A stretch of DNA of 64,000 nucleotides from contig NC_090597.1 in assembly GCF_000497125.1 (NCBI RefSeq), forward strand, positions 507,797 through 571,796. Reading direction: 5' to 3'. The translations under genes and the position numbers were made by a program. Under the pieces are notes generated by a model. That model had not been told where the DNA came from. It did not search any database and saw only the letters and a list, made by a program, of their open reading frames with translations. The DNA is from Spironucleus salmonicida. Its lineage: Eukaryota. Numbering within the stretch: position 1 is the stretch's first letter; every line of letters begins with the position of its first letter. Below are positions 1 to 12,023 of the stretch, piece by piece.

Positions 1-1991
1 AAATTCTGCTGTTGAACCTGCATGAGTTCTGGCGGTAAATTAGTAGCCATATAGAAAGGGTGGAAGGGATAACAGATATGTAATTATTATATTAATATCA
101 TGTTAACTTAATAATAAAAATATAAAATAAATGTTTTTATACATTAATATAATTGTATAATAATTATATTAGATTATGTATGTCAAATTTAGAAGTAGTG
201 TAAAAATAGTTTAAAGTATAGAAATTATATTAAATCAAATAATTATTATATTATAAAATAATTATATTTAGTTAAACTAAGTTTATATATAGGAACTACG
301 TAATTTATAGCTAAATTCATTGTCAGAAACATCTTAACTATAAAAATTTTTATTAAAGTACATTTTATTAATAAAATATATTATATTTAAAAATTTATTG
401 ACGAAACTAATAATAATTTTTGAGATTTTATTTCGCTCCAAAAGCTAAAGTATATTAGGATTTTAATGGTAAAATAATTTATGAGTAACTTTTTTCTATA
501 GTATATGATCTAATTATTTAGTATTGTCATCATAAATTCTTTTCCATCATAAAGAATATTATGCATTTTAAAAACATGATGAATTCATATAAGTATATTA
601 TTATATGTCAAATCGTAATTTTATAATTGGTAAAAGTTAACATCCTTGATAATACATATATTTAGAATCTATAGAAACCAAAAAATAAACAATACGTTAT
701 AATTTTTATAAAGGTATATAACTATTACAATACTATAACTAGATGTTATAATTTTTATTTATAATAGAAATATATATTTAATACTCTTTCACTTTCTACT
801 TGCAAATGAAGAAGATCATTAAAAAGTAATCATAACTTTAACTTAAATACACTGGCCCTATAACTTTACAATCCCTTGACGTATAAGTACTATAATTTCA
901 TACCATATGTGAAACAATGCTAGAAAATAATTCATCTGGCGAATTTTTATGTGTTCCACTAAGTTTATATGTGAGTAGTATATGAATCTGTATTATACGT
1001 TAGTGACAATTAGTGTTTAACAAATTTAATCTTATATAATATAATTTGCAAAAATAAAACTAACAAACTAAAGTAACGATTGAAAATACTTAGCATATTA
1101 GTAGAACATTAAGTTAATCATCCTCTATATTTACTAAATAATATAATTGCGTAATATTAAATTCATGAATATTTTAATTAATAGTATGATAATCTTTCTA
1201 TTTTATCAATAAGCTAAAACTGTAAAACTTTTTTAATATTATTATTATAATTCAATGTATATTATATTTATAAGTAGAAATGTTGTGTTTCTTTGTAAAA
1301 TATTTTAATAAGTAAAATTTTAAACTATCAATTTTCATTTACATGGATCAATGAATTTAGTTTTATAAATTTATAATCAAAATACTTAGAAATAACTATT
1401 AAGGATTGGTTAACATTCATTAAACTTGATTTTATTTCTAATAGTTTAAACTAAAGAACATCCTAATGAATCTTATCTAATGAGATGATTAAATTGGTAT
1501 AATCTAGTAAACTTTTATCTATTTTAACATAATAATAATAATATTGTTTAATACAATATATTAATTTAAAATAAATGTAACGTATTAAAACAATCATTTT
1601 AAAATCACTTATTAGTGACAGTATTTCTAATAATAATACACTACTTGTAATACATTTATAAGAAAATGTTAATAATAAAGTTATAAAAATATCCTAAAAC
1701 AATAATGATGCAAAGACAATCTATCAATTATTTATATATAGTTTCTTATCAATTTTTAAACTATTTATTAGTAATTTATATTATTTATATCTAAATAGAT
1801 CACGCTATTGCATTATTACTATTTGTTTTTAATTATAAATCTATAGCAAAGTTTATTGGTATAAAATGTTGCTTTGTTTATATTGTTAGTGCAATTCTCT
1901 ATATTAATTTGAATCAGTTGATATATTTTACTGAGTAAAAATTAACCTGAACTTATCAAAATACTAAATAAGTTAAGTATATGATAGAACC

Positions 1992-2474
1992 TCACTGGAA
2001 GTAGACGGCCATCTCGTTGCCCATGCGCTCCATGCCGCACTTCGTGTAGAAGCCGGTGTTGTCGTCCGAGCAGTCAAGGATCACCTTGTAGCAGCCGAGC
2101 TCCTGGGCGCGCGCCACCAGCACCGACACGAGCTGCCTGCCGAAGCCGCGCCCGCGGATGGCCTGGTCTACCACAACGTCCTCGATGTGGCCCACTCTGG
2201 AGCCCCCGTGGAGCAGCTTCCTCTCGACGAGCAGAGTCGCAGCGCCCACTAGCGAGCCCTTGGCGTCCTCGATCACCTGCACCTGGTGGAAGGACGAGGT
2301 GGACACGTCCGCAAAGAAGGCCTCGGCGGCGGAGAGGGGTAGCTCGCCCACGGTGGAGAGCTGGGACAGCAGCGCCGCGAGCGCGTGCAGGTCCTCGAGC
2401 TGGAGGGCGCGCACGCAGTACTCAGGGGTGGAGCCGACGGCGGAGGCTGTGGGCTGGGTCTGTACGACGGACAT
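1992..2474 (-). CDS. GNA1: Glucosamine-6-phosphate N-acetyltransferase (GNAT), copy 1, 160 aa
   Basis: Motifs LSQLSTVG, ERKLLHGG..GHIEDVVV, RGRGFG, GCYKVILDC, FYTKCG typical of GNA1; ends CAG-TGA. Confidence 0.93.
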   Translation of the reverse strand: MSVVQTQPTASAVGSTPEYCVRALQLEDLHALAALLSQLSTVGELPLSAAEAFFADVSTSSFHQVQVIEDAKGSLVGAATLLVERKLLHGGSRVGHIEDVVVDQAIRGRGFGRQLVSVLVARAQELGCYKVILDCSDDNTGFYTKCGMERMGNEMAVYFQ

Positions 2475-3021
2475 TCTTGGGGTTCCCCTACGCCCGGTTC
2501 GCAGGAGGGCGCCCTCTACGCGTGGGCCGCCTGGTGGGTATATGGAGGTAAAGTAGTTCTTCTGGATAGCCCGGTCAGTCGATTATCTATATGTTAACAA
2601 GAAGAGAATATAAAATAGTACAGAAGCGGCACCTAACAAAGCATTTTACTAATCATAATATTATCAAACTAAAAACTATACAGCCACTATATTACAGAAT
2701 AACTAACTGGATAAGTACCTGAACTTAATCAGAACCATGAAATTCACTCATTAATGTTCAATATTTTTAAGCAAAGTACCGTATAAACTCCTTTATCATA
2801 TACTTCACGCTCAACTTAAGGTAGCACCCATACCATATTCCAACCAACCAAAACTCACCACTAAATTATATCCAATACATCTTATTTTCCCTACTATCCC
2901 ATACTCTTCTAAAAACTAATACATTCACACGCATTCACTAACTCTCAAAAAAATTCTACCACATTTTATTTCATGAAACCTATATATAAACATATAAGAA
3001 TTATATATTTTATTTCAATTA

Positions 3022-3471
3022 ATGCCCAAGCCCGCCCCGAGCAGGTACTGCAAGGGTTGCGAGTCTTCCACCGGTTGCACGTTCTCCATAAACTGCAGGA
3101 ATTCCTAGAATCTGTCGTTCTGTGTGAACTGTGTGAATTGTTCCAACCTTCAAAACTGTCACGATGTCTACGACGTCCACGATGCTGCGAACGTCTGCAG
3201 GTCGTCGGAGGTCGAGCGCTGCAATAATATCTCGGACAGCTCGCGGGGGAAGCTAGCCAAAAACGTATAATAATCAACTTCGTTTCAGGAAGTCCAGAAC
3301 GTGAACAATAGCAGCAATGTACAAAAGGCGATGAACGTGAGCCACTCGAGCAAAATACTAGAGTGTGAGGGAATGGACTCCTGCTTCAACGCGTAGCAGA
3401 GCACCAACTGCGCATGTTACGAGAACGCCGTCGGGCGGAGCTAACTAAGCGGGGGAGTATTTGGGGAGTGA
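3022..3471 (+). CDS. Cys/Ser hexapeptide-repeat protein A, 149 aa (table 6)
   Basis: MPKPAPSRYCKGCESSTGCTFSINCRNSQNLSFCVNCVNCSNLQNC...SSNVQKAMNVSHSSKILEC...GVFGE; open through TAA/TAG; ends GAG-TGA. Confidence 0.85.
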
Positions 3472-3597
3472 GGGCGTTTATCTCTATTGTTTATAATATT
3501 ACAAGTGGAAAGGACAATTTGCTGGGCTCTTGGTGTTGAGTAAGACTGATATTAGGAAGTTTACAGATGCGCTGTCAGCTCAAAACCACGAATTTCC

Positions 3598-3894
3598 TCA
3601 CTATTTTGCAATCTTTACGTCCTTCAGGTTCCGCCTGTTAGCCAGCCCATCGCATCCTTCACAGTTGGCGCAGTTGACGCAGTTTTTGCAGCGCTTACAG
3701 TTCGCACAATCAGTCATCTCGGAGCAGTCCTGCAGGTTGCAGCATCTTTCGATGCTTTCACAGTCCTCACAGTTGTTGGAGTCTTTTCCGTGGCTGACAT
3801 TCTTGCAGTTTCGTAGGTTCTCGGAGGAGCTGCAGTTTTGGCAGGAAATGCACTAAGTTGAGTCGGTGCAGTTCTTGGAGTTGAAGCACTCCAT
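3598..3894 (-). CDS. Cys-rich CxxCxxC repeat protein B, 98 aa (table 6)
   Basis: MECFNSKNCTDSTQCISCQNCSSSENLRNCKNV...DCANCKRCKNCVNCANCEGCDGL...IAKQ; ends TAG-TGA. Confidence 0.85.
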
Positions 3895-3940
3895 TTATTG
3901 AATTATTTTAATAAATATATAATAATACATAAAATAAAAA

Positions 3941-4516
3941 ATGGAAGGACAAAAAAACGGTTTAGTGGACTGCGTTAACTGTAAAAATTGCATTAACTGC
4001 TCTAACTGTGCGGACTGCAGAGACTTGGTTGATTGCCACTTTTGTCAAAAGGTGAGTAGCTCATAACGTTGTGCTTTTGTATAGAACTCCAGGAATATAC
4101 AGGATTCATCATTTGTTTTTTCCTCTAGTACCGTTAAAAATTCCAGTAATGTTACATAGTCAAAGCAAATAGTTAATTCGTCTAATATCATCAAATCGAT
4201 TAATATAACAAATAGCTCAAATATTGAGGACGGCAAAAATATTGCATCTTGCTCTAATGTATGCAAGGGAAAAAACTGTGACGATTCATCAAATATTTTC
4301 ACATCGTCAGTAGTGACAAACAGTTTCAATTGTTGTAGGAGCTTATAAATTTCGAATTCATAAATCGTTGTCGATTCGAAAATAATAACAGATAGCAACA
4401 ATGTAGGTAAAGCGAAAAATTGTAGTAGTTGTCAATTTATTTAAAGGGAAAATAATTTGATTGGAGCTGGGAATATCCGAATCATAGAAAGTTAGTAAGT
4501 CGCAGAAAGACAGTGA
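3941..4516 (+). CDS. Cys/Ser hexapeptide-repeat protein C, 191 aa (table 6)
   Basis: MEGQKNGLVDCVNCKNCINCSNCADC... then SSNVTQ SKQIVN SSNIIK SINITN SSNIED GKNIAS CSNVCK...; ends CAG-TGA. Confidence 0.87.
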
Positions 4517-4699
4517 GAAATATGCACTTTTGTATTTAACAAGCTAGATAGATATCATAAAAGGTGATAAATTCACCTTATAGTGCTATTATCAACCCAA
4601 AAGCGGTGGATTACGAGTTCTCTTACCTCCATATACCCACCAGGCGGCCCACGCGTAGAGGGCGCCCTCCTGCGAACCGGGCGTAGGGGAACCCCAAGA

Positions 4700-5182
4700 A
4701 TGTCCGTCGTACAGACCCAGCCCACAGCCTCCGCCGTCGGCTCCACCCCTGAGTACTGCGTGCGCGCCCTCCAGCTCGAGGACCTGCACGCGCTCGCGGC
4801 GCTGCTGTCCCAGCTCTCCACCGTGGGCGAGCTACCCCTCTCCGCCGCCGAGGCCTTCTTTGCGGACGTGTCCACCTCGTCCTTCCACCAGGTGCAGGTG
4901 ATCGAGGACGCCAAGGGCTCGCTAGTGGGCGCTGCGACTCTGCTCGTCGAGAGGAAGCTGCTCCACGGGGGCTCCAGAGTGGGCCACATCGAGGACGTTG
5001 TGGTAGACCAGGCCATCCGCGGGCGCGGCTTCGGCAGGCAGCTCGTGTCGGTGCTGGTGGCGCGCGCCCAGGAGCTCGGCTGCTACAAGGTGATCCTTGA
5101 CTGCTCGGACGACAACACCGGCTTCTACACGAAGTGCGGCATGGAGCGCATGGGCAACGAGATGGCCGTCTACTTCCAGTGA
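4700..5182 (+). CDS. GNA1: Glucosamine-6-phosphate N-acetyltransferase, copy 2, 160 aa
   Basis: Identical protein to 1992-2474; ATG at 4700 (the ORF-track extension to 4583 begins outside the shared repeat and uses a non-ATG start). Confidence 0.93.
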   Translation: MSVVQTQPTASAVGSTPEYCVRALQLEDLHALAALLSQLSTVGELPLSAAEAFFADVSTSSFHQVQVIEDAKGSLVGAATLLVERKLLHGGSRVGHIEDVVVDQAIRGRGFGRQLVSVLVARAQELGCYKVILDCSDDNTGFYTKCGMERMGNEMAVYFQ

Positions 5183-5625
5183 GGTTCTATCTACTTATTA
5201 TAATTTTCTATAAATATTCTGGTAGCAATTATTATTTTATCAAACTTTTTAAAACCTTATAATAACGAAAATGATACTTGTAATTTAGCCAGCTTATTAT
5301 TTATGTTAAATATGACATAAAAACTGAAACTTAAATTTCCTTTGCTACAAGAACCCTGTAAAAAACTTATAACATCGAAATACCAAAATAATAAAGTTGA
5401 ATAAACCAACAGATATACATTTAAGTATTGCATGTAAATCATAATTTTATCCTAATTCAACCCTCGACTAATAAATTTAGTTTTTATTCTTACTATATTT
5501 CCTATAATATTAATATTATAAATTAATTAAAAAATTCCATTTTAATACATATTTTGTATATCATCAAACTTTATGTGAAATATATTGTATTATTCCACAC
5601 CCAGAATATCATTTAAACCCAGAAA

Positions 5626-6528
5626 ATGCTAGAAATGCCAACTAAATGCGACAATAATACTAAAACATGCCCAGCTATGCACGCATGCCCATCCGACGCA
5701 ACTAGCTCCAATGAGAAAAACTGTGTATAGTGCAGCATCAGCGACAGCGAAGGCTGCAACGCTAGCACAGCTGCAAACGATGCTAAATGCACGGCCTTCG
5801 CTAACGCGTGTGGAGCTTCTGTGGTTCCCCAGTGCGATGCAGAAACGCCGTGCAGAGACGGCTAGTTTTGCGAGATAAGGGCCTCTGGGAACGTCTGCAT
5901 TTCCTGCCCGGCGTCATGTCTGGTATGCACCAGCTTTGCAAAGTGCACAAAGTGCGCATCCGAATACGAGATGAATACGGACTAGACGTGCACGGCAATT
6001 TGCAGCGGCAGGGATATTAGCTTCCAAACATGCGAGAATTAGGTTGTAGTTCCTTGCGGGCGCGACGGGCAAAAGACCGCCTGTGTTTGTGGTACGTCAT
6101 AGATGAACTGCCTTACGTGTATGGACGCTTTTGTGCCAGCTCCTGGAAGGTGTGCGGACAAGCTTTGCACGTGCGATGATAGGGACCTTAGTATCTGCAC
6201 GGGCTGCATAAATAGCAAAAATTATACATTCAAGAATAGCAAGTGTATTCCTGGACCCGTAGATAAGTGTAAAAGTTGTCTTCCTGGCTATGCGTTGGAA
6301 AATGGTTTGTGCGAGGGCTGTGCACCAGATGCTCAAAAAATTGGAACTTACTGTTTCCTGCCTTAGGACGAAAGGAGATCTATCAATCTTTCTGGTGGTG
6401 CCGTTGCTGGAATAGTCGTTGTTGTTATAGCGATAAGCGGAGGCATCAGTGGAGGTATATTTTGGTATCTCAAAAAATCTAAAACTTATATGAAAAATGT
6501 AGACTAGGTAGGAATTAGGTAGGAGTGA
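5626..6528 (+). CDS. Cysteine-rich membrane protein (VSP/CRMP-like), 300 aa (table 6)
   Basis: Many CxxC/CxC motifs; C-terminal NLSGGAVAGIVVVVIAISGGISGGIFWY transmembrane helix and basic tail LKKSK; ends GAG-TGA. Confidence 0.88.
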
Positions 6529-6668
6529 GCCTAAATCAAAATGAATATATAGTTTTTCCAGGAAATTCGTTATCATAGGTTTTTTACATTAGAAAAGGAT
6601 TTATTAGTTAAATACATATAATACTTATCTCAATTTGTTCATAAAATAAATTAAAAGTTAATGTACTA

Positions 6669-8015
6669 TCATTCGGCAGTCATAACACCAGAACCAAACC
6701 TAACCTCGGAGCCTTTCTCGGCTTCGCTACTCGCAGCTGGTGCAGAGCCGGTAAGGATCATCTAGATTTCTTCCTGGGTCTTCCCCTTCGTTTCAGGGGT
6801 GGTAAAGAGCAATACAGCAGTTGTAAGACCCATGACGATCAAATAGGTAACGAAGGGAGACCATGCGGCAGCGTTGGTAAGAATTGGGAATAGAACAACG
6901 ACAAAGATGTTAGGGATGTAGTTGAAGCTGAGCAGGATTGAGGATAGGAGGGACTTGGCTTCAACGGGGAATAGCTCGGAGGCGAAGACGAAGAAGATGG
7001 GACCGGGACCAACTTCGAATCCAATGATGAATATAACAGAAGCTGTAATGAGAAGGGCAGTATTGGGTTTTGCGAGGATATAGTTGATCATGAGAGCAAC
7101 CTGTGCAGCGAAACAGACACCGACACCGCCGAAGAGGAGGATCTTGCGGCCGAGCTTCTCGATGAAGGCGAGGGCGCCGAGAGTGGCTACAAAGTTGACA
7201 CCGTTGATAATGATGGAACCAAATACGGAAGACAAAGGATGGGTAGTGCCATCTGACTTCTTAAAGGTCTCCTTGAAGGTCTCAGTAGCGTAGACGATAA
7301 CGGCGTTGATACCGGTGCACTGCTGGTTGAGGCCGAGCATGACAGAGAGGATGAGGACCTTGAGGTACTTCTTCTCCTTGAACAAGAGCATGGGGGAGAT
7401 TTCCTTCTCCTCTCTGGGTTTGACATCAGGTACGAAGATAAGCAAAACAAAGCCCATCAGAGGCCATATCAAGGTGACAACAAAGTTAACCCACCATGCA
7501 TTATAGGTATCTTGATAAGTACGGACGGCAAGTAAGACTAAGGAGGCAACCAATATACCAAGGGTGACGTTGAATTGGAACATGACACCTAGTACACCTC
7601 TCTTGCTGGACTCAGCGTGCTCACCGACGATGATGATACTTGGCTGCTAAAATAATACGACGAAGAATCCTGCAAAAAGCCTCATAATCAACCAATAGTA
7701 GACATTGAAAGGAATGCAAAGCAGAATATTGAAGATGACAGATCCAGCAGCACCTACCAAGCCGGTCTTCTTGTAGCCTAACCAGCTTACAATAGGAGCA
7801 AATGTAAGAGATGCGACGAGGAAACCGATCAGGGAAGCGATAGATAACCAAGGTAATAAAGTTTACACATCGGTATCAGCAGTTCCAAAATCTTTTGAAA
7901 TACCAATAGCCATATAGTAAAGTTTGATGATGTCAGAGGAAAAGTTTGCAATGGTAAAACCGAGAGTCTCGGCTGTTAACGACTAAATTGCAAATAGGAT
8001 TCCGAATGAAACCAT
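6669..8015 (-). CDS. MFS sugar-porter family transporter, copy 1, 448 aa (table 6)
   Basis: QQCTGINAVIVY, IEKLGRK, GPGPIFF..ASELFP, PETKGK motifs; colinear with 45462-46808. Confidence 0.93.
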
Positions 8016-9794
8016 TTATGTGGAAAGTTGCTTAATGTTATGAAAGATGAAACACGTTTAAATAATTAAATTAATCTATATTAATTTTTGAAATATCAAT
8101 AGATATTAAAATAGCTTTTATATAAAATAGCATCAGTTACTGTAAGTTATAAATTTTGATTAATATGATATATATTTTATTTAAACAAACTATATAAAAT
8201 GAACCAAAATTCTACTTGCTCACAGTATTATGTATTAGAAATGTACAAATATACATTTATAGCTTGTTGAAAATTATAGTTTAAATTTATATTTTACTAT
8301 AACATTTTCATATACTAACCTTTTATGAATTGTGCCTTATTTTATACCTATGCTAATAAGAAATTTGTTTCATCGTATTGTAAATTATAATTTCTACAAT
8401 GCAGTAATAGTAAAATCCACTTTTAAAACTTCGAAAATTATATCGTAAAATTCGTAAAATTAATATTAAGTTGAGAAAATTTTTATGTTTACTTTATATA
8501 TGATTTATATATAAATATACTATATTTACTAGTTCCTAAAATCTTCAAATAAACAAGTACTTCTGGGATGTTTAGGATAAATCTTACTATTGTATAATGT
8601 ATTTGTTTTTAGGATACATAACTATCAAGTATTTAGTAATACTGATTTCTATAACTATCTAGTACTAACCTGAATTTTACAATAAATAAATTTTATGAAA
8701 ATGGATAATATGTAATAAAGAAACTATATAAAGTAACTGCAGTTATAATTAGATGAATTATTTAATGTAGTGGGATAATATATGCTTATTTTATTTAAAA
8801 TTGAATGTTATTAACAAACTTATACGAGTTTTAATATTAGTTATGTTTTTTATATAGTTTTTAGTATATATAATTTCTTTGCAAAATGCTTTAAATATTA
8901 TTATATATTTATATGTGGATAAGTAATAATATTTATACTTGAAAAAATACTCATGGATACTTATATCCCATTCTTATACAAGTGATATCCTTGTTGACAC
9001 AGATATAACTATTTATATATGTGTTATTATATTTATGATAAGTATTTCATTACTTGCAATTTGATTTGGTCTATTTTATTAATACATTAAATACTTATCA
9101 TAAAGAATGTGATATTTATCATAGGGTATAGTATTAGTTAGTTATGGATATATCATACGAAAGATGAAATAGGAAAATATATAAATAATCCCAGGATTAC
9201 AGAAAGCTTAGTGAAAACAGAAAAATCATTAACCTATACATGATATTCTGTAAAATCTTTAGGAGGAATATTATAAATAATAAATATGACTGAAATACAC
9301 ATTTACAAAAAGGTAAACAAAAAATAGTAGATTAGTTTTTACTATTTATTAGTACCGTTTTAAAATATGGCTTTTATAAGAGGTAAAAATTAAATACTAT
9401 AAATAAAATCACTCAAAATATTTAACTATTTTAAACAAAATATTATAAAATATATTTTGGAGACATATTTTTAGTAATAAATAATATATGTAAACAAGGT
9501 AAAATAATTGATTAATGTTAAATTCATCTAATATACATTATCATATATAAATTTTGATTACAAATTATCACTGTTTTCATTTTAATTTATCTTCAACTTA
9601 TTTATTTTATTAAAATTTACTTATAGTTCAAATTCACGATTTAAAAACAGAAACCAATTTAATGAGTTTGTGATTTATATATGTTAATATTTAATACTAA
9701 TATAAATATTGATCGAAGTTATCTATCATACGATTAATATTATACACTTAATTAAATAATGCAAACGGTAAGTTTAATCTGCGCTCCACTACAA

Positions 9795-11147
9795 ATGTCT
9801 GAAAAAGAGTAAATCTCTATTGAATCTCAGGACATATCTCCCCGAGCCAAGAAGCTTGCGTGGTGGGTATTTTTGCTCTTCGGTATTACTGTTCTCCTCC
9901 CCTTCAACTGCTTTATCGTACCAGTCGACTACTGGTTCAACCAGTTCCCCTCCACCCTGCTCACTGCTATTTCCGTCACCAACAACATCTTCAACAGTAT
10001 CGTAACTTTCATCATGATGAAGTTTTCCTACACCCTCACTGTTAGATTCAAAATACTTGTTTCGCTTACTATCTGGCTGGTTGTTTTGCTCATCGTTCCG
10101 TTTGCGCAGTTGTTCTCGCACAACCAGACCACCAGGATGACGATAATTCTGATCTGCGTGGGCTTCGCGGGCTGCGCGAACGGCCTCTTCTTCCCCACCG
10201 CCATCGGGGTCGCGGCCTCCCTGGACGTGAGCTTCATCGCCGCCTTCAATGCTGGGTCGGGAATCGCCGGTATAGTTGCCCAGGTGCTCAAGGTGATCAC
10301 GAAGCCCATCATCCCCTTCAACAGCAAGGCCCCCACCTTCGACTCCGTGCTGTACTACACCACCGTGGCCTACTACATCATCGCCGCTATCTTCGTGCTC
10401 GTGACCTACTTCGCCTACTTCTGGCTCGTCAAGAACTACGGCGCTGACAAGATCGAGTTCGACGCCGCCGACCGCCAGAAGTACTTCACGCGCGACAAGA
10501 GCGCCGCCAAGGAGGTCGCCGCCCCCGGCACCACCTTCTTCGACGCGGTCAAGAACCTGTGGATGCCCGGCGTCTCGCTCTTCCTCATCTTCTTCGTCAC
10601 CCTCACCCTGTTCCCCGCCATCACCATCCAGATCCTGTGCTACTCCATGTTCAAGACCAACGAGTCCGGCAAGTACGGCGACTGGTGGTCCATCATCATG
10701 TTCTCCTGGTTCATGGTCGGCGACTGGGTCGGCCGGCAGTTCCCCTCCTGGAAGTGGGGGCTCAGCATCTGGAACGTCAAGACGCTCTTCATCGCCGCCA
10801 TCGTCAGGCTCGCCTTCATCGCGCTCTTCATCATCCAGATCGTGCCCTACTACCACTGGCCTGCCGGTACCGCTTCGCCTGCTGCATCTGGCACCTCCCC
10901 CGACGGCCTTCCCCTCGTCCACAACGACCTGGTGGCCTGGATCGTGATGATCCTCTTCGCGGTGTCCAACGGCTGGTTCATGTGCGCCATCTTCTGCAAG
11001 TACGGCAGCATCATGAAGCCCGAGACCAACGGCACGCACGCCGCCAACTTCATGACCCTCTGCCTCAACATGGGCCTCCTCTTCGGCAGCTCGCTCGGCA
11101 CCGTTGTGTCCATCATAATTGATAGTGCTAAGGCTAGCATAAAATGA
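9795..11147 (+). CDS. Equilibrative nucleoside transporter (ENT/SLC29), copy 1, 450 aa (table 6)
   Basis: FGITVLLPFNCFIVPVDYW, GSGIAG, VTLTLFPA, GDWVGR, FAVSNGW motifs; ATG 9795 with in-frame TAA at codon 6; same length as copy 2. Confidence 0.93.
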
Positions 11148-11253
11148 GAATGATCATAATCCATTTTATATATTTTTACTATTCACTATAAATCTAAATT
11201 TCTATAAATACCCAGTTATAAGAGTATGATACAGTAAAACTAACACTTCACTC

Positions 11254-11469
11254 TCAAAACTAAAATACAAAAGACGTCAAGACTGCAATGTCTTCCGAAT
11301 TCATCTGGCTGGGATCATCGTCCGCATCCAGCTGGATGATTTCGTGTAGCTCAGATTCGAGAGTAAGGGAGGAATTTTCGTATTATCCAGAGTAGTTAAA
11401 TATATGTCCTAACTAAAGCATCGAACTACAAAGAGGCGGGAATGTATTGTTGTTACCAGGATGCTTCAT
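11254..11469 (-). CDS. Small acidic hypothetical protein, 71 aa (table 6)
   Basis: MKHPGNNNTFPPL...SSLTLESELHEIIQLDADDDPSQMNSEDIAVLTSFVFQF; codon-level conservation with paralog at 39862-40092; AGTGA just after the stop. Confidence 0.65.
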
Positions 11470-12023
11470 TTTTGATAAAAGTTTATTATAAAATAATATG
11501 CTATAATATTAATTCGGATGTTAGAATAAAGTTAAAACGACTACATTAAATAGTAATTAAATAATACTATATAATAATTATCTGAATATTCTTTTCAGAA
11601 GCATATGACTTAGGATTGTACAACATATTAACCCTTAAAGCTATTATTACTTTATGAATAAATATAAATTTATGATATTTTTAGAGTAATTTAAATTCTT
11701 ATAATTCCTATTTTGAATTAAATAAAATTTTTGACAGTAATTATTTCAAAACTAAAAAAAATAAACTTTCATATTTTTGAAACGTCATAATAATTCATTT
11801 TAATATTAAACTTCGTATATTTTATAATAAGTAATTTTTGATCCTTTACCTGAATTTGTAATACTCAATTAATTTAGTTTCATCAGCATTTAGTTTAAAT
11901 ATAGTATTAATTTAATATATTAACAGTTCTGCTATTTTTAATATACCCTACAGATTTAATTTGATCCCAAAGAATTTATGTGATATTTTATATATTATTT
12001 TATAGTATTACCACTTCCGTATA

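Larger units (their letters stand above)
1983..5191. repeat. 569-bp inverted repeat (1983-2551 / 4623-5191) containing both GNA1 copies; ~2.07-kb spacer
   Basis: Arms are reverse complements (identical translations in the ORF track); boundaries read by eye; arms GC-rich against AT-rich flanks. Confidence 0.95.

Noticed and set aside
1058-1073. AACTAACAAACTAAAG resembling a fused diplomonad branch point/3' splice site
   Set aside because: Imperfect spacing to AG, no nearby GTATG donor and no coding exons on either side.
1-1982. Coding potential in the opening AT-rich 2 kb (also 8016-9794)
   Set aside because: Extreme AT content and no convincing frame or motif; treated as intergenic, though not exhaustively translated.
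9789-11164. Long antisense and shifted ORFs over ENT, and likewise over GNA1, MATE-like, CLN3 and sugar porters
   Set aside because: Shadow ORFs caused by extreme GC3 of the real gene; no motifs of their own.
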